A stretch of DNA of 37,820 nucleotides from a virus (Duplodnaviria > Caudoviricetes), in IMG/VR virus record IMGVR_UViG_3300033513_000032, positions 1 to 37,820 of that record, one strand, 5' to 3'. A model generated the notes under the pieces. It saw nothing but the letters and a program-made list of their open reading frames with translations, did no database searches and was not told the origin of the DNA. Both the position numbers and the translations under genes were made by a program. Of this stretch, positions 17,125-25,537 are shown piece after piece. Every line of letters begins with the position of its first letter. Position 1 is the first letter of the stretch.

Positions 17125-17655
17125 CTACATGCCTACCCGCTCGTCTCGCGTCAATTCATACAGTCGCCACGCCTTCACTTGGTCTGCTTTCCGTTTCAAA
17201 TCTGATAGGTAAGCCTCAATATTTTTCGCAGCAGTCTTGGCGATCAGAGGCAAGTTCTCCATGGCAATTGAGAGACCATTCTGCATAGTGATGGCCATCT
17301 GCTCAAAGGGCGGCCTGGTATATCGTTGCCAGTAGGCACTGGTATCCCGGTCCGTGATCTCCATGCACAACTCTTCATCTTCGTTCATTTCAGCCTCGAC
17401 GATCTGTGGCCCGTCCCACGCCGGCATTCCGCACCTTGTGCAGCGTTCATGTTCATCCAGAGATTTGTTGCCACAATAATCGCAACGCTCGAATAAAACC
17501 ACCCGTTCAGAAAAGCGCGGCAAAATAACTCGTTTGCCCTTATAGAAAATCGGAGCTCTGTCAGAATCCAGTGAAGCTGGGACAGAGATGTACCACTCCC
17601 GCATCAGTTCACGATATTGAGACAAGATCATCGTTTCGTTCACTTCGGCTCCCAT
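17125..17655 (-). CDS. Hypothetical Zn-ribbon protein inserted between terL and portal
   Basis: CDYC...CTRC; visibly AT-richer; start uncertain (17643 GTG possible). Confidence 0.62.
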   Translation of the reverse strand: MGAEVNETMILSQYRELMREWYISVPASLDSDRAPIFYKGKRVILPRFSERVVLFERCDYCGNKSLDEHERCTRCGMPAWDGPQIVEAEMNEDEELCMEITDRDTSAYWQRYTRPPFEQMAITMQNGLSIAMENLPLIAKTAAKNIEAYLSDLKRKADQVKAWRLYELTRDERVGM

Positions 17656-17846
17656 TGCGGCGGCAACGTCTCGTGCACTCGGACGCCCGCCTCGTTACCG
17701 CAGATCACCAGCATCCACGGCTTGCCGCGCTTGTAGAGCTCCATCATCCGCCGGAAGGCTCGCCGCAATCCATGCGGCGGCGTGATCGACTCCTGTTCCT
17801 GCCTGGATTCTATTACAGAATTGGGTAAAGTGTCAATCGCCACCAC
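17640..17846 (-). CDS. Small hypothetical protein
   Basis: GTG start after GAGGAG; fills the gap between overlapping neighbours. Confidence 0.4.
   Translation of the reverse strand: MVAIDTLPNSVIESRQEQESITPPHGLRRAFRRMMELYKRGKPWMLVICGNEAGVRVHETLPPQWEPK
17807..17836 (-). promoter_or_regulatory. Internal sigma70-type promoter
   Basis: TTGACA-18-TAGAAT. Confidence 0.55.
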
Positions 17847-18231
17847 GTCTCTCCTCTGGCAGCAACTCCCCAAAAATGGACGTGCGCACAGATTGGAACG
17901 CATCAATATAAAAGGTCGCCATCCACTCTCCCTCTTTGCGCTTGTCCCGCCAGAATGCGATGCACCGATCCAGATACGCCTTGATCTCGCCTCGATCAAA
18001 TGGAATGACCTCATCCGAGCGCACCGCAACCCCTGGCCCTTCGTCCCGTCCATGCAGGTGCTCAAGTTCAATCTCAGCCGCTCGAGCGAGTTCCGTTCGT
18101 CCATCCTCGACATGGAAAATCTTGGCATAGTCCTCAATGGCGAGCATGAGAGATTCCCTCGGCGCTGATCCATTGCCTATATGAAAGTCCAAAGCACCGA
18201 AAAAGTAACCTACCCTTTCCTCGTTCCTCAT
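17833..18231 (-). CDS. Hypothetical protein
   Basis: ATGA-coupled to terL; 132 aa. Confidence 0.62.
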   Translation of the reverse strand: MRNEERVGYFFGALDFHIGNGSAPRESLMLAIEDYAKIFHVEDGRTELARAAEIELEHLHGRDEGPGVAVRSDEVIPFDRGEIKAYLDRCIAFWRDKRKEGEWMATFYIDAFQSVRTSIFGELLPEERRGGD

Positions 18232-19931
18232 GCCGTCTCCAACCCGTGATCCTCGTAAACGCTCCGCTTCTTCGGCTCGTGCCTCATCGCCCGGTCGAGT
18301 CCCATCACCATGGCCACCATGCCGTCAATCTTTTCGATGCTCTTTTCCTTGTCCGGCTTGATGTTCCCCGCCGGATCCTGCCGCACGACCAGGTTGTTCG
18401 CCATCCACGTCAGCACCGGGTGGTTTCCATGCGCTAATTTGTGCTCGAGGATCAGCTTCTCCAGGTCCTTCATCGGCGGGCTCATCGAGACGTATCCCTG
18501 TCCGAATTGCACCAGCCAGTCCTCGCCGCCGTACTCCATCAGGTCCGTCTGGATCTTCGTCGCGCCCCAGCGGTCAAAGGCGATCTCGACGATGTCGTAT
18601 GCCTGGGCCAGCTCGTCAATCTCCGCCAGGATGAAATCATAGTCAATCACGTTCCCCGGCGTCGCCTTGATGAAGCCTTGCCGCACCCACACTGGATAGG
18701 GCACGCGGTCGCGGCGGGCGCGCTCGATCATCGCCTCCTCGGGGATCCAGAACCGGCAAAGAATCTGATATAGATCGTCGTCCGCCTGCGGCGGGAACAC
18801 AAGCACCAGCGCCGAGATGTCCACGTTGCTCGAAAGGTCCAGCCCGGCGTAGCACGTTCGCCCGCGCAGCCCGTCCGCATCCACCGCCTGCCCGCACGCC
18901 TTCCAATGCTCCAGGCTCACCCACTTGGTCACCGCCTGCGTCCACACGTCCAGCTCGAGTCGCAGGAATGCATTCAGCGCCGAGGGCATTTCCCGCGCCC
19001 GCGCCGCCTTGCGCTGCATGTCATCGAGCTTCTTTGACACACCCAGGTTCGGGTTCGCCTTGATCCACAGCCGTTCGTCGTTCCAGTCCTCGTCCACAGG
19101 ATTCAAATTCGCATCGAGCACTTTATCCAGGCTGTAGATCATCCCGAACCACGCATCGTCCTGCAGCACGCCTTCGAGAATTTTCTCCGTGTACTCATGC
19201 TGCTGAAAGCACAGCGATTGCCGGTCATAGCCGGCTGTCGTGATCGCAAACATCAGCGGCTGCCGCCGCGCGCCCGTCGCCGTCTCGATCACGTCCCAGG
19301 TGTCGCGTGTCTTGTGCGCGTGCACCTCGTCCACGATCGCGCCGTGCACGTTCAATCCATCCATCGTGTCGCTGTCCGCGCCCAGCGGCTCGAACTTGCT
19401 GGCTGTCTCCAAAATGTGAATGTTGTCCTTGAAGATCGTCACCAACTTCCGCACCGGCGGCGACGACTTGGCCATGCGCGTCGCCTCGCTGTGCGAGATG
19501 CGCGCCTGGTCCCGCTTGGTGGCCACCGAGTAGATCTCCGCGCCCGGCTCATTGTCGGCCAGCATCAAGTACAGTCCAACACCTGCCGCCATCGTCGTCT
19601 TGCCATTCTTGCGCGCCACTTCAAGGTAGCTCGTACGGAAACGCCGTGTGCCGTCCTCGCGTTTCCACCCGAACAATGACCACATCACAAACTGCTGCCA
19701 CGGCTCCAGCATCAGCGGCCGCCCGGCCCACTCGCCCTTCGAGTGCTTCAGCAGTTTGAAAAACGAGATTGCCATCTTGGCCGTCGTCTCGTCGAAGCTC
19801 AGTCCTCGGTCTTTTCCGTTGTCAAGGTCTCGCCGGTGCCGCTCGCACGCCAGCCGCACCCATTTGCACGCCACCTGCCGCCCGGTCAGCACGTCGTCCA
19901 CATATTGCTCCGCGCGAAATTCACTCGCCAT
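18228..19931 (-). CDS. terL: Terminase large subunit
   Basis: EPWQ, ARKNGKT (Walker A), IVDEVH (Walker B), ITTAG, GLDLSS and EKIDG motifs. Confidence 0.97.
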   Translation of the reverse strand: MASEFRAEQYVDDVLTGRQVACKWVRLACERHRRDLDNGKDRGLSFDETTAKMAISFFKLLKHSKGEWAGRPLMLEPWQQFVMWSLFGWKREDGTRRFRTSYLEVARKNGKTTMAAGVGLYLMLADNEPGAEIYSVATKRDQARISHSEATRMAKSSPPVRKLVTIFKDNIHILETASKFEPLGADSDTMDGLNVHGAIVDEVHAHKTRDTWDVIETATGARRQPLMFAITTAGYDRQSLCFQQHEYTEKILEGVLQDDAWFGMIYSLDKVLDANLNPVDEDWNDERLWIKANPNLGVSKKLDDMQRKAARAREMPSALNAFLRLELDVWTQAVTKWVSLEHWKACGQAVDADGLRGRTCYAGLDLSSNVDISALVLVFPPQADDDLYQILCRFWIPEEAMIERARRDRVPYPVWVRQGFIKATPGNVIDYDFILAEIDELAQAYDIVEIAFDRWGATKIQTDLMEYGGEDWLVQFGQGYVSMSPPMKDLEKLILEHKLAHGNHPVLTWMANNLVVRQDPAGNIKPDKEKSIEKIDGMVAMVMGLDRAMRHEPKKRSVYEDHGLETA

Positions 19932-20412
19932 CTTTCGCTACGCTGTTCGCCATTGAGAACAACTGGTCGGCCAGGCTCGGCTCGTCCGGCGCTGGCACGC
20001 TCAGCCGTGATCGCGAGGCCGGCGTCAGCCCAAACTCGGATAGCATCTGCCGCATCTGCTGCTGCGCCTTGTTCGCCTCATAGCGCCAGGGATTCTGCAT
20101 CTTGCCACCTTCCGCGCCTATGATGATCTCGCCCTCTTTGGTCAGTTTGCGCTCGGCCACCACCCAGCGTCCCCATGCCTGGCAGTACATCGCCAGCGCC
20201 GCATGGTCCACTTCCGTGTACAGCCCCATCGCGAGCAGGATGCGCACCATCCGGTTCCACTCTGCCCGCGCCTCGGCATTCAGGAACTTGGGCGCATACG
20301 GCACGACGCCAGGCACCGGTGGGCGCGGCTCGCTCGCATTCAATCGCCGCTTGCCCGGATTCCCTTCCAGTTGTTTGACTCGCGTCGGTTTAGGCGCTGG
20401 GCCAGGTTTCAA
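19921..20412 (-). CDS. terS: Terminase small subunit, P27 family
   Basis: PKPT...GNPGKR, EW.R, YCQAW, NP and EFGLTPASR. Confidence 0.93.
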   Translation of the reverse strand: MKPGPAPKPTRVKQLEGNPGKRRLNASEPRPPVPGVVPYAPKFLNAEARAEWNRMVRILLAMGLYTEVDHAALAMYCQAWGRWVVAERKLTKEGEIIIGAEGGKMQNPWRYEANKAQQQMRQMLSEFGLTPASRSRLSVPAPDEPSLADQLFSMANSVAKDGE

Positions 20413-20505
20413 TCCCCCCCCTATGCCTAACCTGCGGCGGAATTTGCAAATCTGTCCGCGCGGTCAGGAAGAATTATGTAACTAGAGATTTCGACCCCAT
20501 TCCCC
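20413..20505. other. Probable cos/packaging region
   Basis: Non-coding gap between HNH and P27 terS, the usual cos position in HK97-like phages; cut site not identifiable. Confidence 0.45.
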
Positions 20506-20868
20506 TCATTTATTTTGTCTGCCAAATGACTCGCCTCTTTTTGCATGCAGACGAGAGTGGCATGAGGCACACAATGCCTCCAGGTTGCTATCATCATCCG
20601 ATCCGCCGTCGCGCCGCCTGATGATATGATGTGGAATCGTTGCGCGCTGCCCACATCCAATGGTTGAGCAAACTGGATGAATCTTCAAAAATCTGGCGCG
20701 CTTCTTCTGCCATTCAGCATCATAGCCACGATCAGCAGCCGTGCCGCGCTTCGCATCCTGGTTGCGCCTTGCCTCTGCCAGATGTTCAGGACAAAAGCGC
20801 ACATCCCTGCCATGAACGATGTGTACGCATCCTCGGTGCGAGCATGGCCGCCCAGCATGGTGGGGCAT
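20506..20868 (-). CDS. HNH endonuclease (HK97 gp74-like terminase cofactor)
   Basis: RGYDAEWQK.R..FL..HP.C, HHII..GG....NLEALCASCH. Confidence 0.92.
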   Translation of the reverse strand: MPHHAGRPCSHRGCVHIVHGRDVRFCPEHLAEARRNQDAKRGTAADRGYDAEWQKKRARFLKIHPVCSTIGCGQRATIPHHIIRRRDGGSDDDSNLEALCASCHSRLHAKRGESFGRQNK

Positions 20869-20877
20869 CGGTCCTCA

Positions 20878-21156
20878 TCACAAGCCAGGCCGTATGTCCG
20901 TGGACATACCCAGTGAATTGATCAGCTTCAAAATAGCCATCGCCTGCTCGCCGGCATCCTGAATCTGATTGACCTCAGCCAACTGGCGGCGCACTTCCTG
21001 CAAAGCGGACTCGAACTGCCCCGATAAATAGCGGCAGGCCCACTCCATCAGCTCGGCCCGTTCATCGTCCGTCAGGTTCGATTGCCAGCTCTCGTCCAGC
21101 ATCAGGTCGTCCAGCGCCACGGCTACCGATTGATGAGCCGGCTTGTGCCCCGACAT
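20878..21156 (-). CDS. Hypothetical protein
   Basis: Likely start MSGHKP after GGAGG; 92 aa. Confidence 0.6.
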   Translation of the reverse strand: MSGHKPAHQSVAVALDDLMLDESWQSNLTDDERAELMEWACRYLSGQFESALQEVRRQLAEVNQIQDAGEQAMAILKLINSLGMSTDIRPGL

Positions 21157-21157
21157 C

Positions 21158-21622
21158 CTAGCCTCCCAGCGACCGCGTGCCGTAGACCCAGATCCGCCAG
21201 ATCGCGCGGCCCGGCGTCGTGCCGTACTGCGGGCAGATCGGCTGGGCAGCGACCAAATCCAGTTGTTTCTCCAGGCGCGCGAGGGCATTTGGGGGCTCGC
21301 CAGATTCGCCCGCCAGTGAGGCAAATCGCACACGCACCAGGCTTGCGGCCTTCAGGCCGACGTCGGCCAGGATCACGGCCCCGTCTTTCAGCGCCTGGCG
21401 AAGCATCTCCCACTCTTTGGGCGTCGGGTAAACGCCGGATGGAAATTCCTTGAACCACAACAGCGTGGTGGGCGCAAAGATAACCCACTCGCCCAGCGCA
21501 TTGACCTGCTCCAGCAACATCCTGGCGCTTTGAACGGCCGTTGCCGAGTGCTGCGCCAGGTCGCTCGCCTGGCCGGTCAGTTGTGCGATCGCGGTTTGCA
21601 AGCCCGTCAAAGGATCAGCCAT
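21158..21622 (-). CDS. Hypothetical protein
   Basis: GGAGG RBS, coiled-coil N-term; in operon. Confidence 0.65.
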   Translation of the reverse strand: MADPLTGLQTAIAQLTGQASDLAQHSATAVQSARMLLEQVNALGEWVIFAPTTLLWFKEFPSGVYPTPKEWEMLRQALKDGAVILADVGLKAASLVRVRFASLAGESGEPPNALARLEKQLDLVAAQPICPQYGTTPGRAIWRIWVYGTRSLGG

Positions 21623-22668
21623 GATCCCACCTCCGGCAAGCTCGCCGAGAGAGCCGCATAGCCCGGCAATTGCCCGGCGATGTTCACACTTTGGCCAGGA
21701 CTGAATTCATAGTCGCCCAGGGTGAACCAGGCACAGCCGAGCACATAGTCGTCCTTGGCGAGCTCGGTCAAATACCAACGCCAGTCATCCCAGTCTGGCT
21801 TGCGGTATCCATCTACCTGATAGGCTTCGGTGATGACGACGGGCGGCATGGGATAGCCCTTCGCATCCATCAATGCCTTGATGTACCGGTAGCGCAGCGC
21901 CGTCTTGTCGTCATAGGCTTGCTTGAACAATCGGCGCTCATCGTTCACGCTGCCTTCGTGCACCGCCAGGGCATGCCCATGCTCTGCCGCCCATTTCAGC
22001 GTTTCCAGTGTGCCTTCTGCCTGCGCAAAGTCGGTCGCTGCGATGGTAGGTGAACGGGGTAAGCCGGCTGTCCAGGCCCAGATCGCCGTCTTGTACCCGT
22101 GCGCCTCGGCGTCTTCCATGCACCATTGAACGAACTCGGAGGCGCGAGCGATGCCGTAGGCATCGGCAGGATCGGGTTCATTCATAAATTCAAGATAGGT
22201 CGGCTTGAATGTGTTCCTGTCCATCGTCGGATAGATGTGCGCCATCCAATCCAGAGCGATCGCCCTGGACTGGCTGGCAGGCCATTGCCAGTTGCCGCCG
22301 GGCGTATCCTCGTCATATTCCTCGGGTCGCACGAACACGACCGAGATCGTGTCACGATTGACCTCGCTCGCTTGCATCAGCACGCCAAAGTCGTTGTCTG
22401 ACATCACGAGAGTGCTGCCCTGGATGGACCACAGCCAATTTCCATAGCCGTTTTTGCCGCCGGCGCTCATGTGGACGCCGCCGAGCCGCGTCGGGCGGTT
22501 GTAGGTCATGGCAGGTGGCGTGATAATCTCATCGTCATCGTAGGCATCGTACCGTGCCGTGACAATGGGCTTGGCCGCGAGCGCATCAACCGCCCCCGTG
22601 ATCGTCGCCCATTGAGGCGACAGATCTGCTTCAGTTTCCGCCTCCAGGAGAACTCGGCGCCGCTTCAT
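21607..22668 (-). CDS. Clan GH-A-like glycoside hydrolase (candidate lysin)
   Basis: EFMNEPD (acid/base NEP), VHE, VVITEAY (nucleophile) and terminal GCAWF. Confidence 0.68.
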   Translation of the reverse strand: MKRRRVLLEAETEADLSPQWATITGAVDALAAKPIVTARYDAYDDDEIITPPAMTYNRPTRLGGVHMSAGGKNGYGNWLWSIQGSTLVMSDNDFGVLMQASEVNRDTISVVFVRPEEYDEDTPGGNWQWPASQSRAIALDWMAHIYPTMDRNTFKPTYLEFMNEPDPADAYGIARASEFVQWCMEDAEAHGYKTAIWAWTAGLPRSPTIAATDFAQAEGTLETLKWAAEHGHALAVHEGSVNDERRLFKQAYDDKTALRYRYIKALMDAKGYPMPPVVITEAYQVDGYRKPDWDDWRWYLTELAKDDYVLGCAWFTLGDYEFSPGQSVNIAGQLPGYAALSASLPEVGSWLIL

Positions 22669-23531
22669 CTTCCAGCCTCGGGAAAGTAATTCGTGCTGAC
22701 TATCTGAATCAGGAGTGCATCGTCAATGTATTGATCCATGTTCGTCGGCAAATAGCCCGTGCCCACATCCGGCCGCGTGTGCGTCCACACCGTGATATGA
22801 TCGGCTTGCGCCGTCGCCATGACGCTAAACGTTGACCAGCGGTCAAATGAATCTCCCTCCGCCGACCAGATGATGCTTGCACTGAACGGGTCATCGCCGC
22901 CGGTCGGGTCTATGCCGACCTTGAAATGAAACGTGTCTTGTTGATCGGAGTGCTGCCCGCCCTGGCAGTTGTCATAGTTGGCGCACTCCCACATCATCGC
23001 ATGGACAGAGAACAGGTAGCGCATTCCGACCGTCGCCGTGATCGTCTGGTACAGGCCCGCCCAGAACATCCGGCCATAGCCGAAATAGGATTGACTGCCC
23101 GATCCGGAGTGGATCCTGAACGTGTTGGGCAATCCGCGATAGGTGAATTCCGGCTGCTGCCATGAGCAGCCCCGATCATTGTTGCAATTCCCATTTGACA
23201 GCGTGCAGGTCCGAGGGCATGGGACGAAGCAGCCTGGATGCCCGATCTGCCCGCCTGGGCAGGGGTCCGCCACATACCAGCCTTGCCAACGATTCGCGAT
23301 GCAGTAGGCATTGGCGCTGCAAAGGTAGGGCATCTCAAAAGAGGAATTCTCGATCAATCCACCTGGCGGCGTCGGCGCGGGCGTCGGCGTCTTGACCGCC
23401 GCTGCGCCAATCGGCTGGACCGTCGGCAGGCTGCTGGTGCTGAGGAGCGGAGAGGTGAGAGGTCGCGGCATGATCGGATAGGTGCAGCCGACCAAAAGTG
23501 CTACCAGGAAAGGAACAAGTTTTCGAGTCAT
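22665..23531 (-). CDS. Lipoprotein with Pro/Thr linker and carbohydrate-binding-like beta-sandwich
   Basis: MTRKLVPFLVALLVG-C lipobox; TPTPAPTP linker; NSSFE...AGLYQ...GIDPTGG...YIDDA; Cys-rich. Confidence 0.75.
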   Translation of the reverse strand: MTRKLVPFLVALLVGCTYPIMPRPLTSPLLSTSSLPTVQPIGAAAVKTPTPAPTPPGGLIENSSFEMPYLCSANAYCIANRWQGWYVADPCPGGQIGHPGCFVPCPRTCTLSNGNCNNDRGCSWQQPEFTYRGLPNTFRIHSGSGSQSYFGYGRMFWAGLYQTITATVGMRYLFSVHAMMWECANYDNCQGGQHSDQQDTFHFKVGIDPTGGDDPFSASIIWSAEGDSFDRWSTFSVMATAQADHITVWTHTRPDVGTGYLPTNMDQYIDDALLIQIVSTNYFPEAGR

Positions 23532-23917
23532 GGCCCCCCGCCTCCTGATCCTGCCTTGTTCATGAACGGGCAATCGGGCAACGGACAGGCCGGTCCCTGT
23601 TTCACCGCTTCCAAAACCTTGTAAAGCGCCTGCGTATTCGCATCAAGAGAGCGGGTGATGTCGTTCATCGCGCTGGCGGCATTCGCAATGAATTTGATCA
23701 TCTCGCCGTTTTGAGCGATGAACCGCTCGTAGATGGGGGCCAGTTCCGCTCGCTCGGCACGCTCCCTCTCTACCTGGGCCTTTTTCTCGCTTTTCCTGAG
23801 CTCCATCCATTCCGGCCACCCCTTTTCGATCACCACCGGAAGCACTTTGTAGACAAAGTAGATGGCGATCACCAGCCAGGCGCCGTATCGCTCGGCGAGT
23901 GAGAGCAGTTCAGTCAT
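23528..23917 (-). CDS. Single-TM coiled-coil protein (holin-like)
   Basis: Start MTELL with TAATG overlap; N-terminal TM followed by coiled coil. Confidence 0.6.
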   Translation of the reverse strand: MTELLSLAERYGAWLVIAIYFVYKVLPVVIEKGWPEWMELRKSEKKAQVERERAERAELAPIYERFIAQNGEMIKFIANAASAMNDITRSLDANTQALYKVLEAVKQGPACPLPDCPFMNKAGSGGGGP

Positions 23918-24180
23918 TAGTGAATGAACTTGTTGGCGCGCAAGGTCGCCCGGAGCCCCAGATAGACCGGTTTGACCCGCGAGGCCGCCCAGCCGGCCAG
24001 CACCAGCTCGACCCATTTGCCGATCTCGAAAAAGATCGGCGATGGGTCAGGCAGCCAGGGCACATGAGGCGCGAGCGCCGCCCACAGATACAAAAGGCCA
24101 TTGACGATCGCGCCGCCAATGGCCACTCGAACCGAAGGTTCAGCGAGGATACCCTTGAGCAAGTCCAACAAGACCTGCAT
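23917..24180 (-). CDS. Putative holin
   Basis: 87 aa, two hydrophobic segments and a basic C-terminus; first gene after the late promoter; strong RBS. Confidence 0.6.
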   Translation of the reverse strand: MQVLLDLLKGILAEPSVRVAIGGAIVNGLLYLWAALAPHVPWLPDPSPIFFEIGKWVELVLAGWAASRVKPVYLGLRATLRANKFIH

Positions 24181-24210
24181 GTGTGCCTCCCCTCCCTTGA
24201 TCCGGCTCGC

Positions 24211-24255
24211 AAAACAAAAATCTCCTGGATGGCAAAGCGAGCCGGATCCAGGAGA
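24211..24255 (-). terminator. Leader terminator of late operon
   Basis: TCTCCTGGAT/ATCCAGGAGA 10-bp stem followed by TTTTTGTTTT. Confidence 0.72.
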
Positions 24256-24269
24256 ATTCAGTTACGTTC

Positions 24270-24299
24270 ATTCTAGCACATATGTTGCATGGCTGTCAA
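24270..24299 (-). promoter_or_regulatory. Late operon promoter
   Basis: TTGACA-18-TAGAAT with TG extension. Confidence 0.72.
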
Positions 24300-24323
24300 A
24301 CCCCATCAAATCGGCGATTTAAA

Positions 24324-24363
24324 CAGAAAGGCCCCGAATCTCCAGGATCCCAGGGCCTTTCTG
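24324..24363 (-). terminator. Terminator after HIRAN gene
   Basis: CAGAAAGGCCC/GGGCCTTTCTG 11-bp IR followed by TTT. Confidence 0.6.
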
Positions 24364-24419
24364 CCGTCCACAGCGTCTTGAGTCGTATGCCCTAAGAGTA
24401 GCACAAATGAGCGCACAAG

Positions 24420-25013
24420 TCAATCACGAATAACCAGGTCCAGCCACACGCCATAGTCACCCAGGTCATTCCCCTTCCGGCGCCATCCACCTCGAATGTT
24501 CGCCCCGCATTGAGCCATCTTCTCCGGCCGGCTGGCGCGATACTTCCTTGCCATCTCCCGGCTCAAATGCCCCACGATCTTGCCCTCGATCTCGACTCGC
24601 ACCGCCTGGTTGTCGTGAGGATTCGAATCATCCAGGATAAGTGTAGCCGTCACCAACTTGTGTTCGCCTTTCGCCGTGCGCTTGCCGCAGATCGCCTCCA
24701 GGTTCTGCTGGTAGTACGATTCGCCGACCACCTCCACTGAAAATGTGCCAGATCCCGGCTTTACTGTGACATTTTCAGCCCTCGGTTGAACCTGCATAAT
24801 GGCCCAAGCGATCCCTGCCAGCACACCCAGCGTGGAGGCCAGTAGACCCATCACAATCTGTGCGCCTGAGAAAAAATTCAATACCGGTTGATTGGAAAAC
24901 TTGGATCCAATGATGCCGCCGGCTAGGCAGTACAGCGTTCCGACCGCCAACAAGATCAAAGCGATGACGCCGATATTGATTCTTTTCGGAGGCCTTGAAT
25001 TGATTGGTTGCAT
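24420..25013 (-). CDS. Two-TM membrane protein with HIRAN-like domain
   Basis: Two hydrophobic helices; VVGESYYQ...NPHDNQAVRV...VGHL. Confidence 0.8.
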   Translation of the reverse strand: MQPINSRPPKRINIGVIALILLAVGTLYCLAGGIIGSKFSNQPVLNFFSGAQIVMGLLASTLGVLAGIAWAIMQVQPRAENVTVKPGSGTFSVEVVGESYYQQNLEAICGKRTAKGEHKLVTATLILDDSNPHDNQAVRVEIEGKIVGHLSREMARKYRASRPEKMAQCGANIRGGWRRKGNDLGDYGVWLDLVIRD

Positions 25014-25042
25014 GGCTCTACCTTAAAACTTTCAGGGAGGTA

Positions 25043-25071
25043 TTGACAATCTATTCATATAGATATATAAT
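25043..25071 (+). promoter_or_regulatory. Consensus sigma70 promoter with palindromic operator in spacer
   Basis: TTGACA-17-TATAAT; ATCTAT-tcat-ATAGAT at 25049-25064. Confidence 0.88.
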
Positions 25072-25097
25072 CTGAACGCGCATACGGAGCAAACCCA

Positions 25098-25331
25098 ATG
25101 GCAAAAGTGACACAACTACAAGAACTGACGACTGCCCAAATTGCTGATAGGCTTGGAATTACGCCTCTGGCTGTTCGAGGCCTGATCAAGCGCGGTCATT
25201 TTCCAAATGTGCGCAAGTTGCCAGCAGCAAATGCAACGTACCTGATCCCCTATTCAGACTTCGAGAATTACCTCGCAGTGCGTGAGGCTCGCAAGAGACA
25301 AAAAAGCGCCACTGCCGCTGAAAGCGGCTAG
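25098..25331 (+). CDS. Excisionase-like HTH DNA-binding protein
   Basis: LTTAQIADRLGIT...VRGLIKRGHFP...YLIP (HTH_17-like); adjacent to attP. Confidence 0.8.
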   Translation: MAKVTQLQELTTAQIADRLGITPLAVRGLIKRGHFPNVRKLPAANATYLIPYSDFENYLAVREARKRQKSATAAESG

Positions 25332-25338
25332 TGGCGCT
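25300..25338 (-). terminator. Intrinsic terminator downstream of attP/tRNA 3' end
   Basis: AGCGCCACTAGCCGCT..AGCGGCAGTGGCGCT followed by a T-run on the minus strand. Confidence 0.7.
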
Positions 25339-25429
25339 ATCGCACTACTCGGTCCTGTCGGACCGACCTCAACTGTGAGTCTTGGCAGGCAATCAGTTGG
25401 GTCAGCACATTAATAACCGAATAGCACGA

Positions 25430-25485
25430 TGGTGAGCCGCACAGGACTCGAACCTGTAACCAAGGGATTAAGAGTCCCCTGCTCT
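25430..25485 (-). tRNA. 3' fragment of tRNA-Lys(CTT): attP core
   Basis: AGAGCAGGGGACTCTTAATCCCTTGGTTACAGGTTCGAGTCCTGTGCGGCTCACCA has the anticodon arm, T arm and CCA but no 5' acceptor strand; about 50 bp from the integrase stop. Confidence 0.9.
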
Positions 25486-25507
25486 GGCTACCCGGTTATC
25501 TGCCTAA

Positions 25508-25537
25508 ATTGTACCACACCTTTTGGGCAAAAATCAA
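25508..25537 (-). promoter_or_regulatory. Promoter reading into attP
   Basis: TTGATT-18-TACAAT with TG extension. Confidence 0.55.

Noticed and set aside
24274-24289. LexA box (GCAC-ATAT-GTTG) in late promoter spacer
   Set aside because: Two mismatches to GAAC-N4-GTTC and no good second copy; too weak to call.
25430-25510. Complete phage-encoded tRNA-Lys
   Set aside because: There is no 5' acceptor strand complementary to GCGGCTC and no full D arm; it is an attP fragment.
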